Notes: generated by a model from the letters alone, not told the origin. DNA of 63,989 nucleotides, filler included, from Octopus bimaculoides (GCF_001194135.2; 7 parts of 5 records of this genome joined end to end with filler, not necessarily neighbours in it), one strand, 5' to 3'; positions 11,775-25,820 are shown, counted from the whole stretch's first letter. A program made the numbers and translations.

Positions 11775-12894
11775 AAAAAAGAAAAGAACAAAAAAAAAAG
11801 AAAAAAACAAAAAAAAGACAGGATTGGCTTACCGGCTGATGATCGCAAATGAGCAACTCTGAAAACGGTTAAATTGGAGACTTTCAATTATAATGCATTA
11901 AAGGATACTCTACATTTGCACTGAATCCTCTAATTTATCACTTCTGGTGAATCAACAGCGATACATACATACATACATACATACATACATACATACATAC
12001 ATGTGTGTGTGTGTGTGTGCGTGTACACGTACGTACATACACATATATACACATTTTTAATTTGACTATGAGATAGGTATTTAGATTTCATATAGATACA
12101 TATCTTTAAGCTGCTCTAAAAATATTTAGATATTTACTTACTGATATAACAATGAACAAGTTTCATAGCAACCATCACAGACTGAGAACAACAATCACCA
12201 GTAATAAACGTAAATGTCCAAGTAAAAGAAATAGATGATGGAAATTTAATTTCTTTAGTGGATTGACAGAATAAGCTAAGCAAAAATAATAAATACTTGG
12301 CCGTATTTAGTTACTTCTCTTAATCTTCTGGGATCACATCCTGTCGAGACTAGCTTCCCTTTTCGTCCTTCTGGGATCGATTTAATCGACTGTATCCATT
12401 ACAACAAATTTCTGGATGTGTGCCTATGTTAGAGATTTCTATTTTAGTGCTATTTATACAAAGGCAACGCAGGACAAAATCGGTAGAGCAGTATACAGCT
12501 TGTCTTGTGATATTTATTTATATTTCCATTATGCTCTCTCTTTGACATTCATCCTACTGGGATCAGTTTGTAGCTTCGTTCTTAATATTAGAAATCATTA
12601 ATTTGGCGTTACATAGAGCTCAATACAACGGCTCAGTAAATTCATTTCACCGAATTTTAATTTACATTTTTTTTTTTTTGTTTTTAGTATGTGACATCTT
12701 TGAAATAATATTAAATGCGTAACAGGTTCATATCTAATGACTTTTAGGTGGTGTTCTTTGGCTTGGGACAAATCTAAAACAAATGTCAGTTGTAATTGCT
12801 TTCGCGGACAGAAAAGACTATAAGTCTACGGAAGCAGATTTACATAGACCAGTCTAACACGTGATTTCTAATGGGAAAACCTGTCATAACATTC

Positions 12895-12948
<54 letters not shown>

Positions 12949-12954
12949 CGCGCA

Positions 12955-13085
12955 CGCACGACAGGCTTCATTTTGCGTCTATCAAATCCACTCACAAGGC
13001 TTTGGTCGGCCCAAAGCTTTAGTACAAGACACTTGCCCAAGGTACCACGCACTCCAAACTATGTGGTTGGGAAGTGAACTTTTTA
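12955..13085 (-). mobile_element. SINE family B head
   Basis: ATCAAATCCACTCACAAGGCTTTGGTCGGCCC..AAGACACTTGCCCAAGGTACCACGCA is the reverse of the family B head. Confidence 0.75.
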
Positions 13086-13621
13086 TCTATATATATACAT
13101 GTGTTTTGTATGTGTGTGTGCGTGTGTGCGTATGCACACACTTGCACATACATACATATAGACATCAATAGATAGATAGACAGATATCTGAGTATACACG
13201 TTTAGAATTATACACATTAAAAATTATACATATATAAAGCGTCAATAGTTAACCGATAAAGTGATATTTAAGTGTCGAATTTGCAGAGTCATTACGGAGT
13301 AGGGCAAAATGTGAAGCGGTATATGTTCCATCCGTTTGCACTCTGTGTTTGAATTCTACCGAACTCAAATTAACCTTTCAGGTTAGATAAAATTAAGTAA
13401 AAAATAAAATTGGGTTTGTGCATGAGAATTGCTCTTCTATCCCTAACTAGGAAACCGTTTTTTTTTTTCTTTCTTGCAGATACTCAGAAACATGAATCTA
13501 CAAATAAATTAGCTTCGGTTCCGAGCTATAGTTAGTACTCAAAACCCAGCAATATAAAAGTAAATCAAAACCCAGCATTTAAGTGACTTGGACTTGTGTT
13601 TCCCTAGCATAGGCCCAGACG

Positions 13622-13770
13622 TATGTGGTAAGAAGCTTGCTTCCCAGCAACACTGCCCCGGATTCAGTCCCACTGCGTAGCACCTTGCGCATGTGTCTTC
13701 TGCTATTGGTTTGGGTCGATCAAAAACCTTGTGAGTGGATTTGGTGGACGGAAACTGAAAGAATCCTAAT
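13622..13770 (+). mobile_element. SINE family B head, ending in (TA)n and a gap
   Basis: Matches the 5467 head. Confidence 0.8.
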
Positions 13771-13998
13771 ATATATATATATATATATATANNNNNNNNN
13801 NNNNNNNNNNNNNNNNNNNNNNNNNNNNNNNNNNNNNNNNNNNNNNNNNNNNNNNNNNNNNNNNNNNNNNNNNNNNNNNNNNNNNNNNNNNNNNNNNNNN
13901 NNNNNNNNNNNNNNNNNNNNNNNNNNNNNNNNNNNNNNNNNNNNNNNNNNNNNNNNNNNNNNNNNNNNNNNNNNNNNNNNNNNNNNNNNNNNNNNNNN

Positions 13999-14047
<49 letters not shown>

Positions 14048-14602
14048 ATATAAAATAATACAAAATATGGTACAAGAACGCAACAGGTGACAACAAAACA
14101 TCTAGACAGATGATACAAAAAGGGACAAGAAAAAACAAGGACGAATCATTCGGAGTTTTCTTTCGTCAGTCGAGTTCCAGATCATCTTTGCAATTCGGTT
14201 GGTTATGCTCGAGACTGCTCCAATCTGCCAAGCCCCAAGGAAAATCTAATCTAAGAGCACTAGATTCCTTGGAAGAAAGCAGCGAATGTATGCGAAAACA
14301 AGTACGGGAGAAAACGGAGAAATGGTACACAAATACAAATGCAAACAACAGGACATTAACAACAGGTGTCTTTCGACTACGGATGAATTAAATTAAATTA
14401 GCTGGCATGCGTGGAAGTGAATCCTTACGGTAGGGACATAAGGGATAACAGGCGTGGGAAGGAATATAGATGTTGCACGGATTGTAGTCGAATCAAGAAA
14501 GAAAGGTCAGGCTTGGCAGAACACCGGTTACGTGGAGGGAGAGGAGATAGGTAGAGGCAGAGGTATTAGGGAGGGACGATAAAGAAAGAAAAGAGAAGAA
14601 AA

Positions 14603-14656
<54 letters not shown>

Positions 14657-14696
14657 CTATATCTATATATATATATATATATACAAATATATATAT

Positions 14697-14748
<52 letters not shown>

Positions 14749-14759
14749 GTGAGTAGATA

Positions 14760-14965
14760 TTTGTGCCCCATCACCACTTAAGAGCTGGCGTTAGCGTGTT
14801 TACGTCCCTGTAAATTAGCGATTCAGCAAAAGCCAGAGGTAGAATAAGTTCCATGGTTAAAATAAAAAGTTCAGTAGACTCATTCGGTTGAAAATCCTTA
14901 AAATCGGTGCTCCAGCATGGCCGCAACCTAATGACTGAAAGAAGTAAAAGATAAAAGATATAAAA
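14760..14965 (+). mobile_element. SINE family B tail
   Basis: GTGTTTACGTCCCTGTAAATTAGCG..CGGTGCTCCAGCATGGCCGCA + A-rich end. Confidence 0.7.
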
Positions 14966-15400
14966 TAAAAAATAGGCTGAGGCGTAAATCAACGGGATAT
15001 AAATTATCGTGAGTTTTCTTTAGTTTAAGCTTAGTGATATCTTATTTATTGTATACAAGATTTATTCATTTAATTTTACTTGTACTAGTTTCAATCATTG
15101 GACTGCAACCGGAAGTGGCAACTTCCTTTCTTGATTTTAATGAATTACTTCTGTCCACAGAATTTTGGTTGAACACATTTTATCGCCCTTATCCGGTGAA
15201 ATATAAAGATGACCTTTGTACAAGTGTATGAAATACTCCCACAATGTTTCTAATCAAAGCGCAAGTTTAAATTGATTATTAAGACAACACGCACACACGC
15301 ACACACACACACACATACACACATATCACACCACGTGCTTCAATGTGGTAGAGACCCTGTAAAATGTCATCGTTACTACTTTTCACTATACATACATACG

Positions 15401-15424
<24 letters not shown>

Positions 15425-15433
<9 letters not shown>

Positions 15434-15570
15434 CTTGTTTCCCACCAAAATGGTTTCGAGTTCAGTCCCACTGTGTGACACTTTGGGCATGTGTCTTCTA
15501 GTGTAGTATCAGGTCGACCGAGGCCTTGCGAGTGGATTTGGTAGACTAAAACTGAAAGCAGCCCGTCGTG
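15425..15570 (-). mobile_element. Family B head-like segment
   Basis: GAGTTCAGTCCCACTGTGTGACACTTTGGGCATGTGTCTTC..GAGTGGATTTGGTAGACTAAAACTGAAAG matches the family B head as read on the + strand, so orientation should be treated as +/uncertain. Confidence 0.5.
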
Positions 15571-15654
15571 TGTATATATATGTGTGTGTNNNNNNNNNNT
15601 CTCTGTTGCAATGTTAGACTTTTTTTTTTTTTTTTTAGTCAATATATGGTCATT

Positions 15655-15870
15655 GCAAGGTGGTGAGCTGACAGAACCGTTAGCACGCCGGATGAAATGC
15701 TTAACGGTATTTTTATCTGTCTTTACGTTCTGAGTACAAATTCCGCCGGGGTCGACTTTGCCTTTCATTCTTTCGGGGTCGATAAATCAAGTACCAGTTG
15801 CGTACTGGGTCGATCTAATTGACTGACTTCTTCTCCAAAAATTTCGGGCCTTGTTCCTAGAGTAGAATAG
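15655..15870 (+). mobile_element. SINE family C
   Basis: High similarity to 10147-10360. Confidence 0.8.
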
Positions 15871-16104
15871 AATATACGGTGATCGCTTATAAAAATATAT
15901 TACTATTATTTATAGAGTATATATGTACGCACGTACAAGCATACATGCACACATTTACAAGCATAGGTTTACAAACACATTTAACAGGCTTCCCCACATT
16001 TCCCATCAATCAAAATTACCACGCAAAGCTCATAGTCACTCTATGAGTACCGCGCGGTATAGTATAATGAAAACGAGGAATCACGTGGTATCGAAATAGT
16101 TAAG

Positions 16105-16290
16105 GCAACGAACTGGCGGAATGGTTAGCACGACGCAAAATGCTTAGCGGTATTTCGGCCGTCACTACGTTCTGAGTTCAAATTCCGCTGAGGTTGAATT
16201 TGCCATTCATCCTTTTGGAGTCAATAAAATAAGTATCAGTTGAACATCTCTTCCTCCAAAATTGGTGCCCTTGTGGAGAAATTTGAAACC
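16105..16290 (+). mobile_element. SINE family C
   Basis: Similarity to 10147 and 15655 copies. Confidence 0.75.
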
Positions 16291-16694
16291 ATATCTCACT
16301 ATTTAAACCATATCTAACCGTCATCTACAAGCAATTCATTTAATTTATCTTTCTTTCACTCTCTCCCGCTTCTCTCTTACTTATGCTACTTCATCCTCCG
16401 AAAATATCTTCCTCTGTCTGGGCCCGTTAAGTCTCTTTTTGGATTGTTCATCTCCTTCCATCACAGGCTCTCGCTGCAATTCTTTGTCTTTCTTGTGTCG
16501 TTTTAATTTCTGCCGTATGAAACTAACCTGTCACACCCCTTTATGCAGAAACAATAAATTGTTTTGCTTCATTGTATCTGTGTCTTCTTAATGATCTAAT
16601 TGCTTCTTCCATTTTCTTTCCTCTCTCTCTCTCTCTCTTCTCTATTCTTTTCTCATTGCACATATACATATATGCATACGTACTCACATGTATT

Positions 16695-16742
<48 letters not shown>

Positions 16743-17026
16743 TATATATACATATATGCAGGCATACGTATGCGCATGTGTCTGTGTGTGTGTGTGTATG
16801 TGTGTGTGTGTGAGTTTGTGTGTGTAAGGAGGGGCGCTGTATCGTTGCCAACGAGTATCGCCTCTGATCCTTTCATATGTTGTCTCTGCCATGATGATAG
16901 ATGAAACTTGATATGAGACCCAGCAGTAATAGAAATAATGTGAAGATGTATTCTCTTCCCTGAAAGCAACTTCCATCCGCTTTCATCTGAGCAGCAAACA
17001 TGAATACATATAATGCATGCATACAT

Positions 17027-17069
<43 letters not shown>

Positions 17070-17074
17070 GTGTG

Positions 17075-17106
<32 letters not shown>

Positions 17107-17780
17107 CATACACATCCATGCACACATACACATACTCTCATGTACAGACATGCATACTTATATGCCTTTCATGCATACATATACACGTGTATAACCCGAT
17201 ATGCATCTTTTTGCTTTCTTTAAGTACTCACATCTTTATATTACCTTATATTACCTCTGTATCACCACCACCACCATTAATACCAACACCACCATCCTTG
17301 TCGCTTTGTCACTATAATCTCTATTTTCCTTATTACCGCCTTGCACTTCCACAGCTGCCTGAATCCAGCCCCTCCACCCCCACCCCCGAGTTTTCCTTCA
17401 TTCCGTTTATTCACCTTTATTATTTTGCATTCATTAACGACAATTAAAATCCTGCAATTACCTTGGTCTCTGTACATCTCATCAAATTATCAAATTCAAC
17501 AATGCATCACCGTGACTTAAATAATGACTTCAATGCAAAAGAAAACCTCAAAAGCAGTGAGGCTGCAAAAGGAAACTAATGTTTTAATAAACCGCTAAAT
17601 TAGACTTAGTTTTCTGTTTTTCATTGTTTCATTTACATTTTTTAATCATTGTTTCATTTATATTTTTTAATCATTTCATTCTATGTAAATCCTTAGATTC
17701 TTTATCTGTCTTTCTATCGTCCCCAACCCCTATCCGTTGCCCTGGTGGCAGATATAAGAAACCAACAACTTCATCGGCAA

Positions 17781-17811
<31 letters not shown>

Positions 17812-17839
17812 ATTATCATCACCATTATTGTCATCATCG

Positions 17840-17940
17840 TGGCGTGGCTGTATGGTAAGAAGCATGCTCCCCAACCACATGGTTCCGGGTTCAGTCCATC
17901 TGAGTGGTACCTTGGGTGTCTTCTACTATGGCCTTCTACC
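17840..17940 (+). mobile_element. SINE family B head fragment
   Basis: GTGGCTGTATGGTAAGAAGC..AACCACATGGTTCCGGGTTCAGTCC..CACCTTGG-like. Confidence 0.7.
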
Positions 17941-18824
17941 ATGGTTAAGAAGCATGAATATTTGGTCGGTGCACTTATGTGGGATTTGACAAATCTATGG
18001 CTAGACTATTAGCAATGACGCACTAACGGATGAATGTATAAAGAAAAAACGGAAAATTAAACGGAAAGTATAAGAAAATAAATTTTAAAATAGCTGTTCA
18101 TTGAACCTCTGTTTCTCGTATAAGTCTAATTGTTATTGCAGGAGCGCTTTTGAATTGTATAACTTTTCATCAAATATCGATAATTTCCGAGTTGAAAATA
18201 TGAACAAGATACTGCTCAGAGAAATTAAATATGACCTCCATTAGTCCATTTTTCTTTTGTAGTTGAAAAGTAGCGCTTGTTTTCTAGTGTAATCCGGCGA
18301 TATACGGCTTCTGAATGTTTCTTCAAGATTCGTCTTTCTGTTTTATATAGCTCAAGATATGCAAACGAGAGAGAAAAATAAAAGAAAAACAAATAATGTA
18401 AGAAAATTGTCCACGGTTGGAGTGTCTCTCTCCAAAAACTGCTCGCTCTTGACTTCTGTAAGCCTAAACGACTACAGTTAGAGTCAATAACTCCTACACC
18501 ACCACCATCACCCCAACCACCACCACCCGGACTTGTGCCTAGGAGGGGAACTTTCTAAGTGCTATCCCATGATCATTCGTAACCGAAGGGGTCTTTACTT
18601 ACTTATTTTAGTGATGTAACCGAAATGTCACTCGGAAGGATGCGTCGCCCCATCTGTTACTGATGCATAATAGCAGCATTTTCGACATGCTACTAAATCC
18701 TTAGCCGTGTGCAAATTGTTCCACTAAATACAGCGGAGCCATAGTCCTCATTGCTAGGTTCTCCTCAGAAATATCAAATTTCTAGACGATTCGACTGGAT
18801 GATATTCTAATCCCTTCAACTTGA

Positions 18825-18892
18825 ATTACAACATGCTAATCGGTTTGCTCAAACATAGCTTTGTTTGAGCAAACTGATTAGCATGTTGTAAT
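18825..18892. repeat. Near-perfect 68-nt hairpin (31-bp stem, 6-nt loop)
   Basis: ATTACAACATGCTAATCGGTTTGCTCAAACA / TGTTTGAGCAAACTGATTAGCATGTTGTAAT; one G:T position. Confidence 0.9.
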
Positions 18893-18907
18893 ATGCATAT
18901 ATAAAGC

Positions 18908-19028
18908 TTTATATAAAATCTGTATTCCAGCTAGGCCATCTTTAATGGAAGCGCTGAAGAGAAATTATTGTTTAACGCCTTGAATATCGTAGCACACCTT
19001 AAATTATACCGTATGCAGTTTTCGTTTC
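18908..19028 (+). repeat. ~115-bp direct repeat, copy 1 (copy 2 at ~21667-21781)
   Basis: TATAAAATCTGTATTCCAGCTAGGCCATC...CGTATGCAGTTTTC in both, with a handful of substitutions. Confidence 0.9.
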
Positions 19029-19550
19029 GTATATTCACAAATAAATACTTATATCGTGTAGATAAGGGTACGTAGATACTGGTACCCAATATTTTTCTAT
19101 CTATATTTGTTAACATTATTCAACTCGGGTTGAGTAATATCGACTTCTACAATTCTACATGGTTATCTTCGCAACACTCTAAAAGTAGTAGTCAAATTTG
19201 TCTGAAACCATATCTTAAAAGTAAAAGACGAATACACTGAATAATGTAGTTGAATATGCTATACATCAAAACACAAACATTGATCGTAGATCATACAGGA
19301 TAAAGAATAAGGTTTGTGTAATCAAGGCTGATTCAGAGCTAAGCAACAACATTTATTAAATGGAGCTGCTATATTGGTTAAATTGATTATGTATTTATTC
19401 GGCTTCTCGATTGAAATTGGAATCTGATCACCGATGTCATTTTGAATCGGGCATTGAACATCAGCAAAATGGCTTCCCACGCACTCAATCGAGCTATTAG
19501 GAGCATAAGTCAAATTTCATTCAAATCACAGGCTAGAATATTTTGGGGGT

Positions 19551-19587
<37 letters not shown>

Positions 19588-20147
19588 AGGTAAGTTTGAG
19601 AAAAACGACGATTTAATCTCACCTATATCTTTGATTACAGGTCTGTTTGATTAGGATAATGTGAAGCTGAACACCAGCAGTACAACAACAAAAGTACAAA
19701 AACAAAAATGAAAAATATAAAAGATGCCTGACTTACTTGCTAGAAAGAACAAGAAAGTGAAAGTGAAAGTAAGGACATGAAAAGAGAGAAAATGTATGAG
19801 AAAAGAGGAACAGAAGGACAAAGAATGAAATAGAGAAGGACAGAGACTAGAAGACCAATTCTAGAAGAAAACAGAAAGAATGATGAAGATGGTAGAAAAA
19901 AGAATTAACCGGAAATTGTTTTAAAGATTGGTGGTCTGTAGGGACGCGAGAAAATCAAAGATTTGAAGGAAATACTATCAATATTGATTCCAAAAACGAT
20001 ACCTGCAGCCAATAAGAGATTTCATAATTTATTTCTAAGTTACCACCTGCTCATAATGAAATATATATGCATACATACAATCATGCATACATGTGTGTGT
20101 GCGCGTGCGTGTGTTTGCGTGTGTGTATATATGTATGTGTGTGTATG

Positions 20148-20178
<31 letters not shown>

Positions 20179-20959
20179 AATAATATAAATAATATAATAT
20201 ATATATATACATATATATATATGCATATATACATACGTATATGTACATACTTACATCTATACGTATATATATNNNNNNNNNNNNNNNNNNNNNNNNNNNN
20301 NNNNNNNNNNNNNNNNNNNNNNNNNNNNNNNNNNNNNNNNNNNNNNNNNNNNNNNNNNNNNNNNNNNNNNNNNNNNNNNNNNNNNNNNNNNNNNNNNNNN
20401 NNNNNNNNNNNNNNNNNNNNNNNNNNNNNNNNNNNNNNNNNNNNNNNNNNATATATATATATATCGCAGGACATCACGAAACGTGTACAACAAAAAAATA
20501 CGAAGTACGAGTACATGGAGTATGAACTATTTTTTCGAACAACGAAAAACACAAATGGAAAACAAAACAAATAACACAAAGATCGACCCTTCATCAGTTG
20601 TTCGCTGTTTTTCTTCTCTCGTATTTCGAGCATTTAACAACAATATATGCTTTCGATAAAACAGTTGCTCCCGCAAAGTAAATTAAATAAAATTTGGGAT
20701 TTTACGGAGGGTCAAAATTGGTAACACAAACAGAACAGTGAAAACAAACAGGAAGGGCGGCTAAGCCTAAGCGAGGTTGTGGCGGTGAACGCGTAAATCA
20801 AGCTTGGACTGGAGACAGACATGAACACGTATTCATTGTTCCAGCTAAAACGGAGAGAAAGTATGTGTGTATGTATATATGTATGTATGTATGTATGCAT
20901 GTATGTATGTATGTATGTATGTTTGCATGCATGCATGTATGTATGTATAAAGTGTTTGC

Positions 20960-21220
20960 AGTGGTGTACAGATATATATTAAGAAAAAGGAGGTTATCAG
21001 AATTTTGGAAAAAATTCCTTAGTAGCGCTTTCTTTCGTTTAACCGAACCTTTCAAGAAAAATTGAAGAGTGTGTGTGAGTGTATGTATTTGTGTGTGCAC
21101 GTGTTTATGTATGTGTGTGCATAATGAAGAGTTCGGTTAAACGGATGAAAGCGTTAATAAAGAATTATCCAAAATTCTGACTGCCTCCTTTTCTTAATAT
21201 TTATATATATAACCACACTG
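20960..21220. repeat. Degenerate fold-back, ~95-bp arms around a (GT)n loop
   Basis: ATATTAAGAAAAAGGAGG..CAGAATTTTGGA..CGTTTAACCGAAC.TTCA vs its reverse at 21125-21220. Confidence 0.75.
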
Positions 21221-22249
21221 TTTATAAATAAACATATATTCACACACACGCACGTATATGTATAGACACGAAAATATATATCATATACATAATACATATT
21301 ATATATATATAATATATATAAAATATATAATATATATAAATATTTATATATATATATAAATTTATATATATATAAATACTCACATATATGTGTGCGGAAG
21401 ACAGGTGGTGCTGCCTGTTCGAAGAATTTTCGTGGCTCTTATACAAAGGAAGCAACGATACATACGCGCATAAGGGCGCTCATATACACATACACCACAC
21501 ACACACACACGCATGCACGCGCGCACATACACACACACACACGTACACACACACACGTACACACACACACACACATACACACACACACACACACACGCAC
21601 ACGCACACAGATATGGTGTTGAGAAACGAACAAAAATTAGAGTACGAAGTATTAATTAAAGTCTTATATAAAATCTGTATTCCAGCTAGGCCATCTTTAA
21701 TGGAAGCGCTGAAGAGAAATTATTGTTTAACGCCGTGAAAATTGTAGCACACCTTAAATTCTATCGTATGCAGTTTTCTTTNNNNNNNNNNNNNNNNNNN
21801 NNNNNNNNNNNNNNNNNNNNNNNNNNNNNNNNNNNNNNNNNNNNNNNNNNNNNNNNNNNNNNNNNNNNNNNNNNNNNNNNNNNNNNNNNNNNNNNNNNNN
21901 NNNNNNNNNNNNNNNNNNNNNNNNNNNNNNNNNNNNNNNNNNNNNNNNNNNNNNNNNNNNNNNNNNNNNNNNNNNNNNNNNNNNNNNNNNNNNNNNNNNN
22001 NNNNNNNNNNNNNNNNNNNNNNNNNNNNNNNNNNNNNNNNNNNNNNNNNNNNNNNNNNNNNNNNNNNNNNNNNNNNNNNNNNNNNNNNNNNNNNNNNNNN
22101 NNNNNNNNNNNNNNNNNNNNNNNNNNNNNNNNNNNNNNNNNNNNNNNNNNNNNNNNNNNNNNNNNNNNNNNNNNNNNNNNNNNNNNNNNNNNNNNNNNNN
22201 NNNNNNNNNNNNNNNNNNNNNNNNNNNNNNNNNNNNNNNNNNNNNNNNC

Positions 22250-22580
22250 GTCACAACTGCAGCCAGTAGTTCTTGACCACGGGGATGGTAAGCGCCCCAA
22301 CGGAATAACCTTCTTCCTATACGAGGGTGGTAGATCCCTAGTCTTGGACGCGACATTCGCGATACTTTCTCCGGCTCCAACCTTGCTGCATCGGCAGCAC
22401 ACTCGGATATCGCCGCCCGTAACTCAGAGAAGAGAAAAATAAACAAATATAGGAGACTGATCATTGTCAGCTTGTGCCGAATTGTCGTTGAGACCTCAAA
22501 TGTTCTCAGACCCCGCACTGCTGATTTCCTCTACAAAATCGCGATAACTGTGGCCCATCTGTGAAATGAGCTCCGCATTC
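22250..22580 (+). pseudogene. CRE-type non-LTR retrotransposon relic, C-terminal restriction-like endonuclease region
   Basis: LDHGDGKRPNGITFF..GRSLVLDAT, frameshift, DTFSGSNLAASAA..AARNSEKRKINKY..VETSNVLRPRTADFL follows the G.DGKRPDG..WD.T..DT..A..K..KY..A.ET.G pattern. Confidence 0.7.
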
Positions 22581-23486
22581 ATGACTGCAAGGGGTGGCTA
22601 GACACATAAATCATGTATCAGGATTTTAATCTGCCGTTTGTGACTTTACCTTTTTTGCTTTGCCCTTTATCTGACTGCATCTATGCTGGGATATCACCTG
22701 GAATGGTTTAGTCGAACAAATCGGCCAAAATACTTAATATTTTAAAACATTTATCACTTATATCGACCTCTTTTAGCGGAACAGCTAGGGGTTCAGGTTG
22801 TTTACGGTAGCATAAACAAGCCAACACCATATAAGATCAGATGTATTAATTTCCAACTTCTCGCAAATTTCAGGCTTTGTGCTTATGTAAGAAACAATTG
22901 TTCACAATCTTTTCGTTCTGATAGTCAGGTCGAGAAGGTCTTGAAGTACAAGTATATTAGACTTGTGAACTTTAAAACGTTCTTCTTACTACTGTATCAA
23001 ATGAATCTTGTAGAAACAATGTCAAAATACAAAAGTTCCATAACAAAATCGATTAAACCTGAACGTGGAAAGAATGATTATGTTGAATAGTGTTGAAACG
23101 ATTATAAATGAAGTATTAAAATTATTTGTTTACTCTCTTCTTGTATACTAATCATTATGTAAGACTGTGTGTGTGTATGTATGTATGTGTGTGTTTGCAC
23201 GCTTGTGTATGTATGTATGCATGCATGTATGTATGTATGTATGTATGTATGTATGTATGTATGTATGTATGTATGTGTACTTCTATGTTTGTCGGCGTGT
23301 ATGCGTGCGTGTGTGCTGGAGAATAGCAAAGAAATCTTCGTGTAGACAGTCACCAAGCAGTGTTTAAGATAATTCCCAAACTTAAATTTCCAACTCTTTC
23401 ATCCAGGACAGGTAACGTCAATATAGGAAAAAAGTTGGTTATAAGAACGATCTACGTCGAGCGGATATGAAAGTAAAAAAAAAAAA

Positions 23487-23586
23487 NNNNNNNNNNNNNN
23501 NNNNNNNNNNNNNNNNNNNNNNNNNNNNNNTTAATTAATTAANNNNNNNNNNNNNNNNNNNNNNNNNNNNNNNNNNNNNNNNNNNN
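23487..23586. other. Artificial scaffolding spacer 44N+TTAATTAATTAA+44N
   Basis: Exactly 100 bp; same construct six times. Confidence 0.95.
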
Positions 23587-23830
23587 AAACTGATAGAAGT
23601 CCGTCGTATATATGTATATATATATATGTGTGTGTGTGTGCGTGTTTGTGTGTCTCTGTGTGTTTGTGTGTCTGTGTGTGTTTGTGTGTCTGTGTGTGTT
23701 TGTGTGTCTGTGTGTGTTTGTGTGTCTGTGTTTGTCCCCCCAACATCACTTGACAACCGATGCTGGTGTGTTTACGTTCCCGTAACTTAGCGGTTCGGCA
23801 AATAAGACCGATAGAATAAGTACTAGGTTT
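23587..23830 (+). mobile_element. SINE family B, microsatellite plus tail
   Basis: AAACTGA.AGAAG.CCGTCGTA(TA)n(TG)n..TGACAACCGATGCTGGTGTGTTTACG..GATAGAATAAGTACTAGG. Confidence 0.75.
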
Positions 23831-24612
23831 ACTCTAGTAAAAGAGTAAAAGAGAGTAACCGTACTCTTTATATTTTCATCTGTATCTACACCTTTCTCTC
23901 CCAGCTTATCATACATTCTAATTTTACCTATTTATTTCCTTGGTTTCTTTCTTCCCCCCGCCTCACCTCATTCATGCTCTCTTTCCTTCTAAAACAATTT
24001 CTTCCTATTTCATTCTCATTCTTTCCTATTACTCTTTTCATTCTAATTCCATCTTGGCAATAGCTTTCTGACGTCACAGTTTCTTTCTTTCCGTCACTCT
24101 ATCAGTCCCTCTTTTTCCTTTTACTTAAAATTTTTCTTTTCGACTCCCACTTTTATTTAACCTTTCTCAGTTCTTTTCATCATTTCCTGTACCTCCTTCC
24201 ATTTGTTTCCCTTCCTTTTATATCCTTCTTTTATCCTTCTTCACTTCTTTTCGTCTTCCTTTATTTTTCCCGCCCATTTTGTTTTCGTCACCTTTGTCAT
24301 CTTTCAACGTTTGTTAGGTTTATTTACGTTGGGCAGATATTCCTAGAGAACACTTTATTCTGAAGTTGAATGCAAAAGAGAACGATAAAACCAAGAAGGT
24401 GGTTTAAGAATCAGATTGGGGATGGATTGAAGTATGACAGGAAGGAAACTATAAAAGACAACCACAAACCTGCCATTGTTTGGCTAAAGACACAGACAGC
24501 CATGTCTTATAAAACCTACGTCCACAATTTCATTTCTTTCTTCCTTTTTTTCATGGCTGGTTATACAAAAACTGAAGTCAAAACTTCTGTTTAACGATCG
24601 CAACTCTGTCTG

Positions 24613-24708
<96 letters not shown>

Positions 24709-24792
24709 CACTCAAATGCACACAGGCGCACATGTTTGTCTGTCTCTATCTCTCTATTTGTCTTTCTATATATCTGTATATTTATTTATCAG

Positions 24793-24852
<60 letters not shown>

Positions 24853-24957
24853 CTTATCTATTTATNNNNNNNNNNNNNNNNNNNNNNNNNNNNNNNNNNN
24901 NNNNNNNNNNNNNNNNNNNNNNNNNNNNNNNNNNNNNNNNNNNNNNTTATTTATCAG

Positions 24958-25021
<64 letters not shown>

Positions 25022-25395
25022 CTTATCTATTTATCTACCTACAATCAAATGCACACACGCTCACCTATAAAGATTCTATTAGAATGCTGAGTCCAACAAA
25101 AGTGGCTGTCTCGTTCAAGAGCATATCAAGGAAAATAAAAGCTCTACTCACACGTATTTGTAAATGAACATGTAACTTCATGATATGCATGTGCGCACGC
25201 GCGCGTGTGTGTGAGTGTGAGTGTGCCTGCGTGTGTATCTGCGCGCGCACACGTTTATTGTATGTGCTAATGCGTGGAAGCACACACATACACATCCAAA
25301 TATATATATAGATATAAATGTTCGTGTGTGTGTGCACATGTGAATATTTGCTGGGTGCGTATATGTATTCATGTTTAGCTAATATTGTATAACCT

Positions 25396-25440
<45 letters not shown>

Positions 25441-25763
25441 TAATAATAATTGTGGAGCAAGAACAAAGGCTGAATTAGTAGTGATTAGAAATCCAGATTT
25501 GTTCAAAGCGTAGTACTGTTATAATATATCCTAAAGGTTTTAGTTGTCTTCTTCATAGGTTAACTAATCCTACAGTGAATTCAACAGTTTATCTGGCAAG
25601 AATAGGAAGGTTCTATTTCCTCTGTAGTTTCTGTAATAGCTTGCTTTGATCGACGTGTTTATAGCCATCGAAATAGTTAGAGAGACAAGAGAGCCACATA
25701 CTCCTGTATGGTTTACTCGCAAGATGTATCGTTTACATCAAACGCACGCGCGCTGATGCGCGG

Positions 25764-25820
<57 letters not shown>

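Noticed and set aside
16381-16527. Minus-strand charged ORF VSFIRQKLKRHKKDKELQREP...EDEVA*
   Set aside because: Purine-rich strand of a CT-rich tract, where stops are rare by composition; acceptor lacks an adjacent pyrimidine tract. Not fully excluded.
16850-16980. Minus-strand ATG in good context (MAETTYERIRGDTRW...)
   Set aside because: Runs into a microsatellite with no donor site.
23531-23542. Recurrent TTAATTAATTAA as a biological repeat or CRISPR-like motif
   Set aside because: Always centred in exactly 44+44 N; scaffolding linker.
24781-25035. Tandem duplication around a gap
   Set aside because: Same microsatellite-flanked sequence on both sides of the Ns; unmerged contig overlap.
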